Shown piece by piece: positions 26,586 to 38,012 of a stretch of DNA of 64,000 nucleotides. The position numbers and the translations under genes were made by a program. The notes beneath the pieces are model-generated. The model had not been told where the DNA came from, did not search any database, and saw only the letters and a list, made by a program, of their open reading frames with translations. Source of the DNA: Felis catus (Eukaryota); contig NC_058368.1 of assembly GCF_018350175.1 (NCBI RefSeq), positions 56,112,001 through 56,176,000 of the forward strand, written 5' to 3'. Every line of letters starts with the position of its first letter. The first letter of the stretch is position 1.

Positions 26586-29222
26586 CACACACTTCTTTAT
26601 CCATTCATCCATTGATGGACATTTGGGCTCTTTCCATACTTTGGCTACTGTTATTAGTGCTGCTATAAACATGGGGGTGCATGTGTCCCTTCGAAACAGC
26701 ACACCTGTATCCCTTGGATAAATGCCTAGTAGTGTAATTGCTGGGTCATAGGGTAGTTTTATTTTTAGTTCCCCCATACTATTTCCAGAGTGGCTGCACC
26801 AGTTTGCATTCCCACCAACAATGCAAAAGAGATCCTCTTTCTCCGCATCCTCACCAACATGTGTTGTTGCCTGAGTTGTTAATGTTAGCCATTCTGACAG
26901 GTGTAAGGTGGTATCTCATTGTGGTTTTGATTTGTATTTCCCTGATGATGAGTGAAGTTGAGCATTTTTTCATGTGTCGGTTGGCCATCTGGATGTCTTC
27001 TTTGGAGAAGTGTCTGCTCATGTCTTTTGCCCATTCTTCACTGGATTACTTGTTTTTTCGGTGTTGAGTTTGATAAATTCTTTGTAGATTTTGGATACTA
27101 ACCCTTTATCTGATATGTCATTTGCAAATATCTTCTCCCATTCTGTCGGTTGCCTTTTGGTTTTGCTGATTGTTTCCTTCGCTGTGCAGAAGATTTTTAT
27201 TTTGATGAAGTCCCAGGAGCTCATTTTTGCTTTTGATTCCCTTGTCTCTGGAGACATGTTGAGTAAAAAATTGCCGCGGGCAAGATCAAAGAGGTTTTTG
27301 CCTGCTTTCTCCTCGAGGATTTTGATGGCTTCCTGTCTTACATTGAGGTATTTCATTCACTTTGAGTTTATTTTTGTGTATGGTGTAAGAAAGCGGTCCA
27401 GGTTCTTTCTTCTACCTGTCGGTGTCCAGTTTTCCCAGCACCACTTGCTGAAGAGACTGTCTTTATTCCATGGGATATTCTTTCCTGCTTTGTCAAAGAT
27501 GAATTGGCCATACGTTTGTGGGTCCATTTCTGGGTTCTCTATTCTGTTCCATTGATCTGAGTGTCTGTTTTTGTGCCAGTACCATACTGTCTTGATGATT
27601 ACAGCTTTGTAGTATAGCTTGAGGTCTGGGATTGTGATGCCTCCTGCTTTGGTTTTCTTTTTCAAGATTGCTTTGGCTATTTGGGGTCTTTTCTGGTTCC
27701 GTACAAATTTTAGGATTATTTGTTCTAGCTCTGTGAAGTATGCTGGTGTTACTTTGATAGGGATTGCATTGAATATGTAGATTGCTTTGGGTAGTATCGA
27801 CATTTGAACAATATTTGTTCTTCCTATCCAGGAGCATGGAATCTTTTTCCATTTTTTTTGTGTCTTCTTCAATTTCTTTCATAAGGTTTCTACAGTTTTC
27901 AGTGTACAGATTTTTCACCTCATTGGTTTGATTTATTCCTAGGTGTTTCATGGTTTCTGGTGCAACTGTAAATGGGATCAGTTCCTTGATTTTTCTTTCT
28001 GTCCCTTCAATGTTGGTGTATAGGAAGGTAACCAATTCCTGTGTGTAGATTTATATCCTGTAACTTCTTGAATTCATGAATCAATTCTAGCAGTTTTTTG
28101 GTAGAATATTTTGGTTTTTCCATATAGAGTATCATGTCTTCTGCAAAGAGTGAAAGTTTGACCTCCTCCTGGATGATCTGGGTGCCTTTTATTTATTGTG
28201 TTGTCTGATTGTAGAGGCTAAGACTTCCCATACTATGTTGAATAACAGTGACAAGAGTGGACATCCCTGTCTTGTTCCTGGCCTTAGGGGGAAAGCTCTC
28301 AGTTTTTCCCTATTGAGGATGATCTTAGCATTGGCTCATTCATATATGGCTTTTATGATCTCGAGATATGCTCCATCTATCCCTACTTTCTTGAGGGATT
28401 TTATCAAGAAAGCATTCTGTATTTTGTCAAGTGCTTTCTCTGTATCTATTGAGAGGATCATATGGTTCTTGTCCTTTCTTTTATTGATGTGATGAATCAC
28501 GTTAATTGTTTTTCAGATATTGAAACAGCCCTGCTTCCCAGGTATAAATCCTACTTGGTCGTGGTGAATAATTTTTTTAATGTATTGTTGGAGCCGGTTG
28601 GCTAATATCTTGTTGAGGATTTTTGCATCCATGTTCATCAGGGAAATTGGTCTATAGTTCTCCTTTTTGGTGGGGTCTCTGTCTGGTTTTGGAATCAGGG
28701 TAATGCTGGCTTCATAGAAAGAGTTTGGAAGTTTTGCTTCCATTTCTATTTTTTGGAACAGTTTGAAGAGAATAGGTATTAACTCTTCCTTAAACGTTTG
28801 GTAGAACTCCCCTGGAAAGCGATCTGGCCCTGGACTCTTGTTTTTTGGAAGATTTTTGATTACTAATTTGAGTTCCTTCCTGGTTATGGGTCTGTTCAAA
28901 TTTTCTATTTCTTCCTGTTTCAGTTTTGGTAGTGTGTATGTTTCTAGGAGTTTGTCCATTTCTTCCATATTGCCCATTTTATTGGCATATAATTATTCAT
29001 AATATTCTCTTATTATTGTCTTTATTTCTGTTGTGTTGGTTGTGATTTCTCCTCTTTCTTTCTTGATTTTACTTATTTGGGTCCTTTCCTTTTTCTTCTT
29101 GATCAAACTGGCTAGTGGTTTATCAATTTTGTTAATTGCTGGGTCGTAGGGTAGTTCTATTTTTAGTTTTTTGAGGAACCTCCATACTGGTTTCCAGAGT
29201 GGCTACACCAGCTTGCATTCCC
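25881..29222 (-). mobile_element. 5'-truncated felid L1 with 3' transduction and an extra 5' L1 fragment
   Basis: ORF2 RT and C-terminal peptides ([33 protein letters not shown]), A-rich tail 25981-26063, ~90 nt unique sequence, second poly(A); TSD AAGTTGGA(C/T)ACTT. Confidence 0.93.
26418..26591. repeat. (TG)n/(TA)n compound microsatellite inside L1
   Basis: Direct reading. Confidence 0.95.
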
Positions 29223-29265
29223 AGCTGAAGTTGGATACTTAACTAACTGAGCCACCCAAGCCCCC
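29222..29265 (-). mobile_element. CAN-SINE 5' head (other half of the split SINE)
   Basis: CAGCTGAAGTTGGATACTTAACTAACTGAGCCACCCAAGCCCCC. Confidence 0.88.
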
Positions 29266-30539
29266 GAATAATAGAATTATATTTTTAAATATAATTATTA
29301 CATAATTATATGTAATACATATTATATGTTTAAATTATAATTTATAAATATTACAGATAACATCGTAATTTATGGACTCATTGGTCAGAAAGACTATGAA
29401 AAGAGAATTGTGTTTACTTAAAATTCACAGAATCCATCAGCTCCATATTAATAAATATATATATAAAAAATATGATATCCCCAGAAAAAATCTGTGTGTT
29501 TGTGTGTGTGTGTGTGTATGTGTGTTTGTGTATTTAGAGAAAGATGCTGATTGATGATTTCAGTAACAGGTAGAAATTTTCCCTCTGTAGCTTGCTTAAT
29601 AGTGAAGCATTTCTGATGCCTAATAAACAGGACAAAAACTATTTAGTTTACCTTTAGTTGTTCCAACAGGTAATGCACAAAATAATAACCACTATTATAG
29701 TGCTTTGTCACATGTCTAATTATTTGATCAATAAATTTTCTGTTTCTGTCTATGAAAATTTTGTTAAGAAATTAAGAGCTTTTTTAAAATTTTGTTTGAA
29801 AACACAAAACTGACTCAACTGAACTTCATCTGAATAGCTGTTAGAGATCAATTTTGAACAAATATAAAATGAGGATACCCTTCTAAAAATAGAAAGAATT
29901 GAAGTTATACACAAGTCTCTAATCTTTGATATTTAATTTCTCCCATGGTGGTAGTCAGTCATATGTCATTTTATATTTATAAACTCTTTTTAATTTTTGG
30001 TAATCAAATCAAAGTATGGCATTGAAATCACTTTTAAAAAACTATTTGTCTTACATTAATAAAGCCTTTCGATACTATTCATTTGTGTAATATCTTTCTT
30101 AGCTGATTTCTTAGAGTATCTAAGATCATCCATGTTTTGCATATTTTACTAACATAAACATGGGACTAGAATCAAGTATTTATCAAAGTTTAATGAAATA
30201 CTGTTTATATTCTCCACGGCATATATCTATGTTATCATTTCTAATGTATCATATTGTACCTTAATTAATGGATATGTACTTAATATCTGTTTTTCCTATT
30301 TAACCTTAGAAATTCTTGAAAGCAGGAAGCTTCATTTTTGTTGGTTACTAAAGGGTTTAGACTTTTTTTTATCTAGAGGATTATAGTTTACATCACACCA
30401 AGTAAGGCAATATTTGAAAAAAATATGTGCAAATTAGAATGATAGGTATTTATGTCAGGACTACAAAAATATCTCATAACTCACAGGGAAATGGATTATA
30501 GTAGTTTATTAGCAAAAGAGAAAATATATATATACTTAA

Positions 30540-32230
30540 ATGTAATAGACTTTATATTTTAGAACAATTTTCATTTAAATAAAAAATGTAAAGTCCTACA
30601 AAAGTTTCCTATGCCCCACATCCAGTTTCCTTTATTATTAATGTCTTACAGTAGTATTGTGTACTTCTTATAATTAATGAAACTATATTTATATGTTATT
30701 ATTAACTAAAGTTCACATGATGTTCCTATTTACTCAGTTTTTCTCTGGTGGTTTTTTTTTTTTTTTCTTATCAAGATCACTTTAGGATCCTCGCAGTTCA
30801 TCATATGCCTTCTTAAGCTCCTCTTGTCTGTGGTAGCTTTTTCACATGATTAAATTGGACTTCTAGGGTGTAGGGATTAAAATTACAGAGGATAAGTGTC
30901 ATTTTCATGAAATCATATCAAAATTGCATTATATCAATATGACTTATCACTGTTCATGTTGACTTTGACCACTTGGCTGATGAAGTATTGGGCAGGTTTC
31001 CTCAAGGTAAAGTTACCTCCCACTTCTCCCATATCCTCTTGGCCTTTCCATACTAAAACTCTTTGTGAGGAAGTCACTATGTACATCCCATACTTAAGAA
31101 ATGGGTACTTAACACTGCTTTCCTTGAGGGAAAAATATCTAACATAAATTATTTGGAATTCTTCTGCATGGGACATCTGTTTCTTCTCCCCAGATTTTAA
31201 AAAATTATGTATTACTATAAATATAGATTCACAGATATTTACTTTATAATTTGGATTACAATCCAATACTGATTTCTTTTGTCATTTCAGTTGTTCCAGG
31301 TTTGGGCATTGGTAGCTCTTATATTGGCTTTTTGTGTCCCTTTGACTTGCTTCATTGTTTTATTTTTGAGCTTTTTTAAAAATTTTATTTATTTATTATT
31401 TTTTTTATGGCACTACAAGATACTCAGGGCTGAACTTCTATTATTTTGTCCCTGTCCTAGATTAAACATTTCTCTGTGGAGTCCTTTCACAGCTATTTCT
31501 CCAAAGAGCCATATTTCCTAGATCTTTTTCATTAAAGAATGGTATCAGAGACAAGTCTGGTTCTAGGTGTGTTCATTATTACTGGGGTTTCATTGTTTCT
31601 AGGACCTCTCAGAAAACAATGCAACTAACTATATTTGTGTATACTACCCTATGTATATACAGGTTTCTCCAGATGTTTTTATATGTAATTATATTACATT
31701 TTTAATTTGTAATATAAATATAAATATATAATGTAATATAAATACACTTGTATTTATATTAAGCTACATGAGTTTAAGTTTATTTTTTATTTATTTTGGG
31801 AGTGAGAGAGAGAGTGCACACACGTGGGGTAAGGGCAGAGAAAGAGAGAGAGAGAAAATCCCAAGCAGGCTCCATGCTGCCAATGCAGAGAGCCTCACAG
31901 TTTGTGAGATAGGAGCTGAGCCAAGATCAAGAGTCGGTTGTTCAACCACCTGAGCCACACAAGCCTCCCCTAAGCTACATGAGTTATACTGATATATCCA
32001 TCTCTAATATATTTTCTCATGAATATTGCCACATCGTCTGCTCTCTTGCTTCTTTGTATCATCTCACTCCAACAGTGAGAAACTTGGCCTCCACCATCTG
32101 CCATCAATATATTTGTTTAATTTCTTCATTCCCACAAAGCCGTATCAGAATTGCCACCCCAAACCCAGATAAGAAACTTCAAAACTAGAGTACAATATTT
32201 ATGTATAGTTTATAGTTCTCTTTCTCTTAG
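30540..32230 (-). mobile_element. Old L1MC-type 3' region
   Basis: Antisense 3' end AGACTTTATATTTTTAGAACAATTTT and TAAATTATTTGGAATTCTTCTGCATGGG, typical of L1MC4-like elements. Confidence 0.65.
31775..31970 (-). mobile_element. CAN-SINE (older)
   Basis: 15-bp TSD TAAGCTACATGAGTT (31760-31774 and 31971-31985). Confidence 0.92.
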
Positions 32231-32249
32231 TCATACAGATTTTCCTCAT

Positions 32250-32612
32250 TTCTTTTCTTTTACTTTTAATTTAAATTCAAGTTAGTTAACATACAGTGTA
32301 GTGTTAGTTTCAGTAGAACTCAGTGATTCATCGCTTTCATATAACACCCAGTGCTCATCCCAACAAGTGCCCTCCTTAATGCCCATTACCCATTTAATCC
32401 AATCCCCCCAACTACCTCCCCCTCCAGCAACCCTCAGTTTGTTCTCTGTATTTAAGTCTCTTATGGTTTGCCTCCCTCTGTGTTTTTATCTTATTTTTCC
32501 TTCCCTTCCCCTCTGTTCAACTGTTGTATTTCTTAAGTCCCACATATGAGTAAAATCATATGATATTTGACTTTCTCTGATTTATTTCGCTTAGTGTAAT
32601 ATCCTCTATTCT
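32250..32612 (-). mobile_element. Carnivore L1 3' end fragment
   Basis: Antisense 3' UTR AAGTTAGTTAACATACAGTG..CCCAGTGCTCATCCCAACAAGTGCCC. Confidence 0.88.
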
Positions 32613-32854
32613 AAAGTTACTTAGGTCAGCACAATATTCTTCTACCCCTTTAGTGAGGATTTTATTACGTATTTGTAATATAGCTCATTTGTTTTGTTAC
32701 ATTCTGCATTCTATCATGGGATCTCTCTTACTCCTAAAGATTTCAAGAAATGTTAAATATTTTATTAGAAAATGTTCTGTTCCCATATAAAAGAGTGGCT
32801 CAACTGTGTCTTTAATGAATGTCTACACAGACGCATAACATTTGTGAATCTACC

Positions 32855-33347
32855 TGTGATGGTCAATTTTATGTGTCAACGTGAGGTTGGCTGGCTTGTT
32901 TGGAGGAGTGTGAGACTCTTGATCTCAGGGTTGTGGGTTTGAGCCCCATACTGGGTGTAGAGATTACTTAAATAGATATAAAACTTAAAAATATCCTACC
33001 ACAACAATTTTATGTGTTAATATGACTTGGATATATAGTTCCAAGTTATTCAGTCAAAAACTATAGTTGTGATTAAAGTCAGTAATCATTTGATTTCAAG
33101 AGGGCTTGATTCCTGATTCAATCAATTAAAAAGCGGTAAGAGCAGAACACACTCTTCCCAGGAGAAAAAGACATGCCCACTGTGGACTGTAATTCCAGTT
33201 TATATCTGAGACCTCTAGCCCTCCTTTCCTGATGGCCTGCCCTATAGATTTTGTACTTATGTAGCCACTTCCAACGTTGAATGTCCTATTTCCTTGCAAT
33301 TAACCTCCTACTAGTCCTATTTCTCTGGTCACATAGGCTAAAACAGA
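32855..33347 (+). mobile_element. MLT2 (ERV-L) LTR containing a short SINE
   Basis: Starts TGTGATGGTCAATTTTATGTGTCAAC and is followed by the ERV-L internal start GATTTTGGTACCAG. Confidence 0.75.
32881..33004 (+). mobile_element. Short tRNA-derived carnivore SINE (SINEC_b-like)
   Basis: GACTCTTGATCTCAGGGTTGTGGGTTTGAGCCCCATACTGGGTGTAGAGATTACT; flanking repeat CAATTTTATGTGT(C/T)AA. Confidence 0.8.
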
Positions 33348-33932
33348 TTTTGGTACCAGAAGTGCATCCAAAGCTAAAAATATTTAGGATGAATTCTCTC
33401 AGTTCTGGGTTTTCTGGAATTGTGTCTCTAATGTAATTAGATTTAAAGTAACTAAACACTGTATTTACAGTAGTAAAGTAAGCATTAGTAGTTCCCAGCG
33501 TGATATGACAACAGAGACATGCAAAATATTGCCACTGGATACTACAAAGTAAATACTTACAGAAAGTAAAGCTCATGATGACAGTGTCAAACACCTAAAT
33601 TCTTCCATTTTCTTTGCCAGTAGAAGCAGTGTTTCTTTCCCTGCTTAAGGATGTTACCTTTTCCTTGTGTGAAGATTTATAATCACCTCCCTTGAGACAG
33701 TTACATTGCAAGTCACTGGTGATTCTCCTCAAAACCTACTACCCTCAAAACCTGCCATCCTCCTTTTATTCTAGATTTATAAATAGATTCAAGTCCCAAC
33801 AGACTCCAAAGGTCGGGGTACAAAGTGTGACCCACAGCAGTGCACTGTACACCAAAAGAACAGCACAAATTTTTCTGATTTATATGATGGAAATATGGCG
33901 TATGTACAGAAACGTGTCTTAGGGTGTGGGAT
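33348..33932 (+). mobile_element. ERV-L internal region with gag remnant
   Basis: SRFINRFKSQQTPKVGVQSVTH resembles ERV-L gag SRPITRLKSQQAP.GEVQSVTH; ends in TCTTAGGGTGTGGGA (LRVWD). Confidence 0.75.
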
Positions 33933-34216
33933 CATATTTCTCTTTTGTCTTTCTGGTCGGAGAGAGGCCATATGCTGACTGCTCCATGGCTGCTCCCATG
34001 CATTTGAAATTTTTGAAAGAATACGGCTATCAGGGAGACGATAATAATTATTAGCAACAGAACAATGCCTTTGATCTGGAAAGCACTTGAGCCAGGGTCT
34101 CCATGATCCAAACCAACTAGAATCAACTCAGTAAAGGATACCGAAGATAGACATACTTCTTTAAGCCAGTTAGCCTGTTTATGTTTTGCATATGACCGTG
34201 TGTCCACATTTCCCAA
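33932..34216 (-). mobile_element. Possible class III ERV env-like transmembrane tail remnant
   Basis: 94-aa ORF with hydrophobic GIVLLLIIIIVSLIAVFF preceded by DPGS; family assignment from memory only. Confidence 0.35.
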
Positions 34217-34480
34217 ACTGTTTATCCCAGCAGGCTTTTTCCAGGAAGTTGAAGCACTGAGATTCAGGGAGAAGTTTATGAGAAGAAAGAACTACAGGAT
34301 CACCAGTGGCAGAGCAAATCCAAAAGTCTAATAGCTTTACATACATGGACTTATTCCATTTTCTGCTCCTTTTTTATGTCTAGGTACCAGCATCACTGTC
34401 ATATTATGTACACTTATAATAAGTTTATAGAAATAAAGTTTTTGCAAATATGGTTTAAGGTCAAGACCAAATGTGATTAC

Positions 34481-34584
34481 GATGTGTATTTTTAGGTCTG
34501 AATTCAGTCAAAAATTGCATCTATTCAGAAATAAGTCATAATTAAAAGAAAACGTAGCTGCTCTTTTTTGCAGTTTCCTAAACT
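34481..34584 (-). pseudogene. Exon-like segment of the candidate decayed gene
   Basis: Strong acceptor TTCTCATCTTCTTATCCTCTTTCCATCAG, GTAATC donor; FRKLQKRAATFSFNYDLFLNRCNF*LNSDLKIHI. Confidence 0.35.
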
Positions 34585-34703
34585 CTGATGGAAAGAGGAT
34601 AAGAAGATGAGAATAGTTAATTTGAGGCCTACTGAGTGGCAACATATTGCACCACAAACCTTAGAGTATTTTGTATATCTCTTTAATTTTGACATTAGTA
34701 ATG

Positions 34704-34755
34704 TCATAATTCTGAAATTCATAATTCTGAATTCAAACTCATAATTCTGAAATTT
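34704..34755. repeat. Three copies of TCATAATTCTGAA
   Basis: Direct reading. Confidence 0.85.
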
Positions 34756-35516
34756 TCTTAAAAGATTCTCTTTTCCTTATTTTTCATTCTAATTTACTTA
34801 CTCTAAATTTGTTTTCAGCAATATTTTTTCATTTTGCTTGCTAAGGAATATAGTAAAATCAACAGAGAATAATTACTTAGAGGTGTTAGAAAGTGCTGTA
34901 CTTCGTTTTCTACTTTCATTGTTTTAAATTCTGTTGTAATAGTAAGTGTGCATTTTTTAATCTACATACAAAAGTTAATTGCTTAATCTATACCATTATC
35001 AATTTCATAGAGGACCACAAAATAGCCAAACTTCTTCCAGCGTTATTTGAATGTGCATTTTATAGTTTGGGATCAAAGTTAAGAATGAGTGTGAAGCAAT
35101 TCATGAATAGTTGTATCTATGCATTTATTCACCCAACATATTTTATTTAAGGCTTTGTATTTACCAGGGGAATCATACCATAGGCAGCCCTCAACTGCAA
35201 TATGGATTTTGTTTCAAAAGATTTCTTGCAGATGTGGACTAGTCAAAAACATCTGTTTGAAATTCAAAACACCCTCTTTGTTGATACAGATGGGCTTTGC
35301 AAAGCTAACTCATTATTAAAAAATCAGCTAATTTATTATAAAGGTGTAGTTTAAAACAAAATCAAGCTCAGCATATAGTATGCTTAGTGTTCAAAGTTGG
35401 GATGCCCTGATCTGAAATGCAGACCCTGTATTCTCACCAAATTAGCATTCTTTGTTTTTGAGCTTTTATTTTATTCTCTTACCTACCAGGATAAGAAGAA
35501 AAGGCAAACGTTCGAG

Positions 35517-35550
<34 letters not shown>

Positions 35551-36209
35551 GGAAAGAGAAGGCTGCAGATGAACACTGCCTAGATAGCATTTAGGCTTAG
35601 GACTAATAAAAACAGAGTGTTTTTAAAATTAGTGCTAAATTTTTACCTTTATATATGACTTCTTCTCCCATCCTTCTTCTCATGGAATTGCCTTCTCTTT
35701 CAAGAAGAATTAATAATTTCTATTTGTCTGTCAAACTTTAGTTTATATTCCTTTTAGAATATTCTCTTGCCCTGTGTCGTAAAAAACAGGTGATTATTCC
35801 CACTTCCATGATTTACCCACCAAAAGACCATTTGCCAAATGGAAGGCTGCAGCAAAGCAGCATCTTGGACCGCCCAGTGACCTGGCATTGGCTCCAGCTA
35901 GCTCAGCCCAGCTTTGCGTTCTTACCACCAGGGCTTTTCTCATCTGCTGTGCTTATATCTACCTAACACCACCACCTACAGTGCACAGACTATAGATTCT
36001 CTGTACTCCTCCTCTTATGTGGCAATTCTCTTGTACAATTAAATTAAATATAGTATTAGGTCAGAACACTGGGTCCTGAATTTTTTTCCAATCTAACTAA
36101 AATATTGTTTGGGTCCTAGAAGCATGCTTGTAAGTATGGTCAAATTAAATTTGCAACATGTTGTAAGATGTATTTTAGGTTGTAGATGTATCTTAAGTTA
36201 TACCTTTAG

Positions 36210-37510
36210 ATTCTAGAAATATTCCTCATATACCTCATATCCAGTTTTGCCTGTTATAAATATCTTACAACACTATGGGGGTTTTTGTTGTAGCTAATGA
36301 ACTATATTGATACATTGTATTTTTAAATGTTATACTTTATTCAAATTTCTTTTAATTTTATCAATTGTTCTTTCCCTGTTCCAAGATCTTAGCCAAGACA
36401 CCACATTGTGTTTACTTATCATATCTCCTTAGGGTCCTGTTGTCTATACAGCTTTTCAGACCTACCTTGTTTTTGATAACTAGGACAGTTTTGAGGAGTA
36501 TTTGTCAAGTATTTTTAAGGTGCCCTCTAGCAGAATGTTGTTTGATGTTTTTCTTATTATTAGACTGGAATTATATACTTTGAGAAGAAGATAACAGAGG
36601 TAGTATGCTATTTTCATCATATAATATCAAGGGTACATAATATCAACATGACATATTACTGTTGATATTGACCTGTATCACCTAGCTGACATAGTGTGTA
36701 TGTCAGGTTTCTCCACTATGTGGTTGCTCTTTTTCTCTCCTTTTTGTACTGTACACTTTGGAAGGATATCACTGTGCAAAGCCCAGTGTGCAGTATCTAT
36801 ACATTTTATTTGGAATTATTCTAAACAGTAAAATGATCTCTCTTTCCCTGTATTCCCAGAGGGAGAGACAGACAGATTGAGACAGACAGAAGAAGAAGAC
36901 TGAGATTTCTTAAATATAAGTTTCCCCACTTGGGTATAAATTCAAGGGCAGGAATTGTATTCATTACATGTCTTAGTCTGTTTAGGTTGCCATAACAAAA
37001 TATCATAGACTAAGTGGCTTCAACAACAGAAATTTACTTCTCATAGTTATGGGGGCTGAAAAGTCCAATATCAAGATGCTGACTGATTTCTATTCCTGGT
37101 GAAGGCTCTCTTTGTGTCTTGCAGCTGGCCACCTTTTGCTTCTGTATTCACAAGGCATTTCCTTGGTTTGTTCACAGAAAGAAAGATCTTTCTTTCTTCC
37201 TCTTATTATAAAACCATCAATCCTATTGGATTAGGAGCCTACTCTTGTTATTTCATTTAACCTAATTATTTCCTAAAAGGTCTGTCTTCAACCACAATCA
37301 CATTGGAAGTTAAGGCTTTAATATATGAATAAGAGGTGGGGGGAGGGGCAATTCAATCAATAGCATTATTCATTTATTTATTCAATAATACATTATGCCT
37401 ATGTGGACCTGTGGATATTTATTTTATATTTCCTCTTATAATCCAATAATACTTTATTCACGTCGTTGTTCAGATTTGACCATTGGGGACTCATTTGCTT
37501 GGCTCATGTG
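36210..37510 (-). mobile_element. Old L1MC-type 3' region interrupted by MLT1
   Basis: Shares motifs with 30.5-31.3 kb (ATTTTCAT..ATATCAA, TTATTTGGAATT, ATCCAATA). Confidence 0.6.
36969..37364. mobile_element. MLT1A-like MaLR solo LTR
   Basis: TGTCTTAGTCTGTTTAGGTTGCCATAACAAAATATCATAGACTAAGTGGCTT..ACAACAGAAATTTA; ends CAATAGCA. Confidence 0.82.
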
Positions 37511-37823
37511 TAACTAATATTATCTAATATTAATATTAATTTTAATTACTCCTGATGCAGATTGGTAAAAAAAATGTTTAACTGTATAAAAGTAATCCCA
37601 TAATATCTCATTTAATATGGTAGGTTTTCTAAGTAATGTTATTTCTGTGTACGTTTTGTCCCAAGCTTTCCTAGCTCTATTTCGGTAATTACAGTATGGT
37701 TTCCCTATTTATATGTGGTTATTTATTATTGTGATGTTGTTGTTGTTGTTCTTTCCTCATTTTTCTAGGCTATCTCTTTTTACTGTTACCAGACAAATGA
37801 GATTCCTGGTTTCTTTTAATTCT

Positions 37824-38012
37824 TTTTTTTTTCTTTTTTTTAAGAAAGAGAGGAGCGAGAGGGGGAGGGTCAGAGAAAGAGGGAGACATAGGATCTGAAG
37901 TGGGCTCTGTGCTGACATCAGAGAGACTGGTGCAGGGCTCAAACACACAAACTGTGAGATCATGACCTGAGCTGAAGTTGGATGCTTAACTGACTGAGCC
38001 ACTGAGGACCCC
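37824..38012 (-). mobile_element. CAN-SINE
   Basis: TSD CTGGTTTCTTTTAATTCT. Confidence 0.93.

Noticed and set aside
26301..26668. Overlapping YIYI/HTHT/CVCV ORFs
   Set aside because: Stop-free dinucleotide microsatellite.
32881..32970. tRNA-like sequence
   Set aside because: A degenerate tRNA-derived SINE head with an A-rich tail and flanking duplication.
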